Source: Octopus vulgaris
Lineage: Eukaryota
Direction of reading: 5' to 3'
DNA length: 64,000 bases
Assembly: GCA_951406725.2 (NCBI GenBank)
Contig: OX597819.1
Coordinates: 5,022,001 to 5,086,000 of the forward strand
Position numbers and translations under genes: made by a program. This document shows positions 63,453 through 64,000 of the stretch, in pieces (the stretch's first letter is position 1; every line of letters starts with the position of its first letter). The notes beneath the pieces were generated by a model. That model had not been told where the DNA came from. It saw only the letters and a program-made list of their open reading frames with translations, and ran no database searches.

Positions 63453-64000
63453 CCATGCCACACAACCACACCTACACCTATAGATTACTTTTACTATGTA
63501 GTCTTTTCATGTCTGATTGAAGTCTTTGATGGTAGTCACAGCAGAGACAGACAGACAGACGGGATGAACCTGATTCCTTAAAGTTTCATTGAAAATGGTC
63601 AGCAACCTTGCTCAGAATTTTTCTTTTTGTATATGCTTATGTATATTTCTATTGAAGTAGGTCTTAGAGAATTCAATTGCCATAACTCTTGGAGGATTCA
63701 GTTGGCTGTTGAATGTTGTTCAGTAATGAAATTATCAACTTTGTTGTTATAATAGGTCCAGGTCTGCCCTCATCAAGCACACCTGTAATCAAAGGTGTTC
63801 CAGCTTTCATCATTCCACTTTTCTCTTCTAAGACATAGTGTATCCAGGACTACATTATCCATTGTATCCTACTTTGTTTAAGATGGTAGATGTGATTTGG
63901 GAGAGATTTTGCTGCTATTTCTAACAAGTCACTAAGAAACCTCTCAATTTGGCTTGTAACAATTTTGTATATATCGACTGTTGCTATTTTATTTTACAGA

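Overview
AT-rich, repeat-dense eukaryotic DNA with no recognisable intact protein-coding gene. The repeat inventory resembles that of an octopus/cephalopod genome (inferred from remembered SINE types, not from a search), and the window is probably intronic or intergenic. It contains about 30 copies or fragments of one ~400-bp tRNA-derived SINE (SINE-A) and two further SINE families. It also holds RTE-clade LINE remnants (one with a PHD finger inside its RT domain), Penelope-like fragments carrying minimal hammerhead ribozyme folds often arranged as fold-back palindromes, piggyBac and Tc1/mariner MITEs, non-autonomous Helitrons, a Sola2-like transposase relic and a 26-bp minisatellite. The main candidate novelty is a ~1.95-kb ORF1-only (zinc-knuckle, no RT) retroelement present three times. 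Each copy starts at the same position of the SINE-A tRNA-like head (aagaagcttgcttccc|), and two copies are stacked in tandem across a duplicated target, suggesting a target-specific non-autonomous retroposon that parasitises a SINE. A second candidate is a composite of a tRNA-like Pol III head and a hammerhead-bearing tail. All coordinates were read by eye and element ends are approximate.
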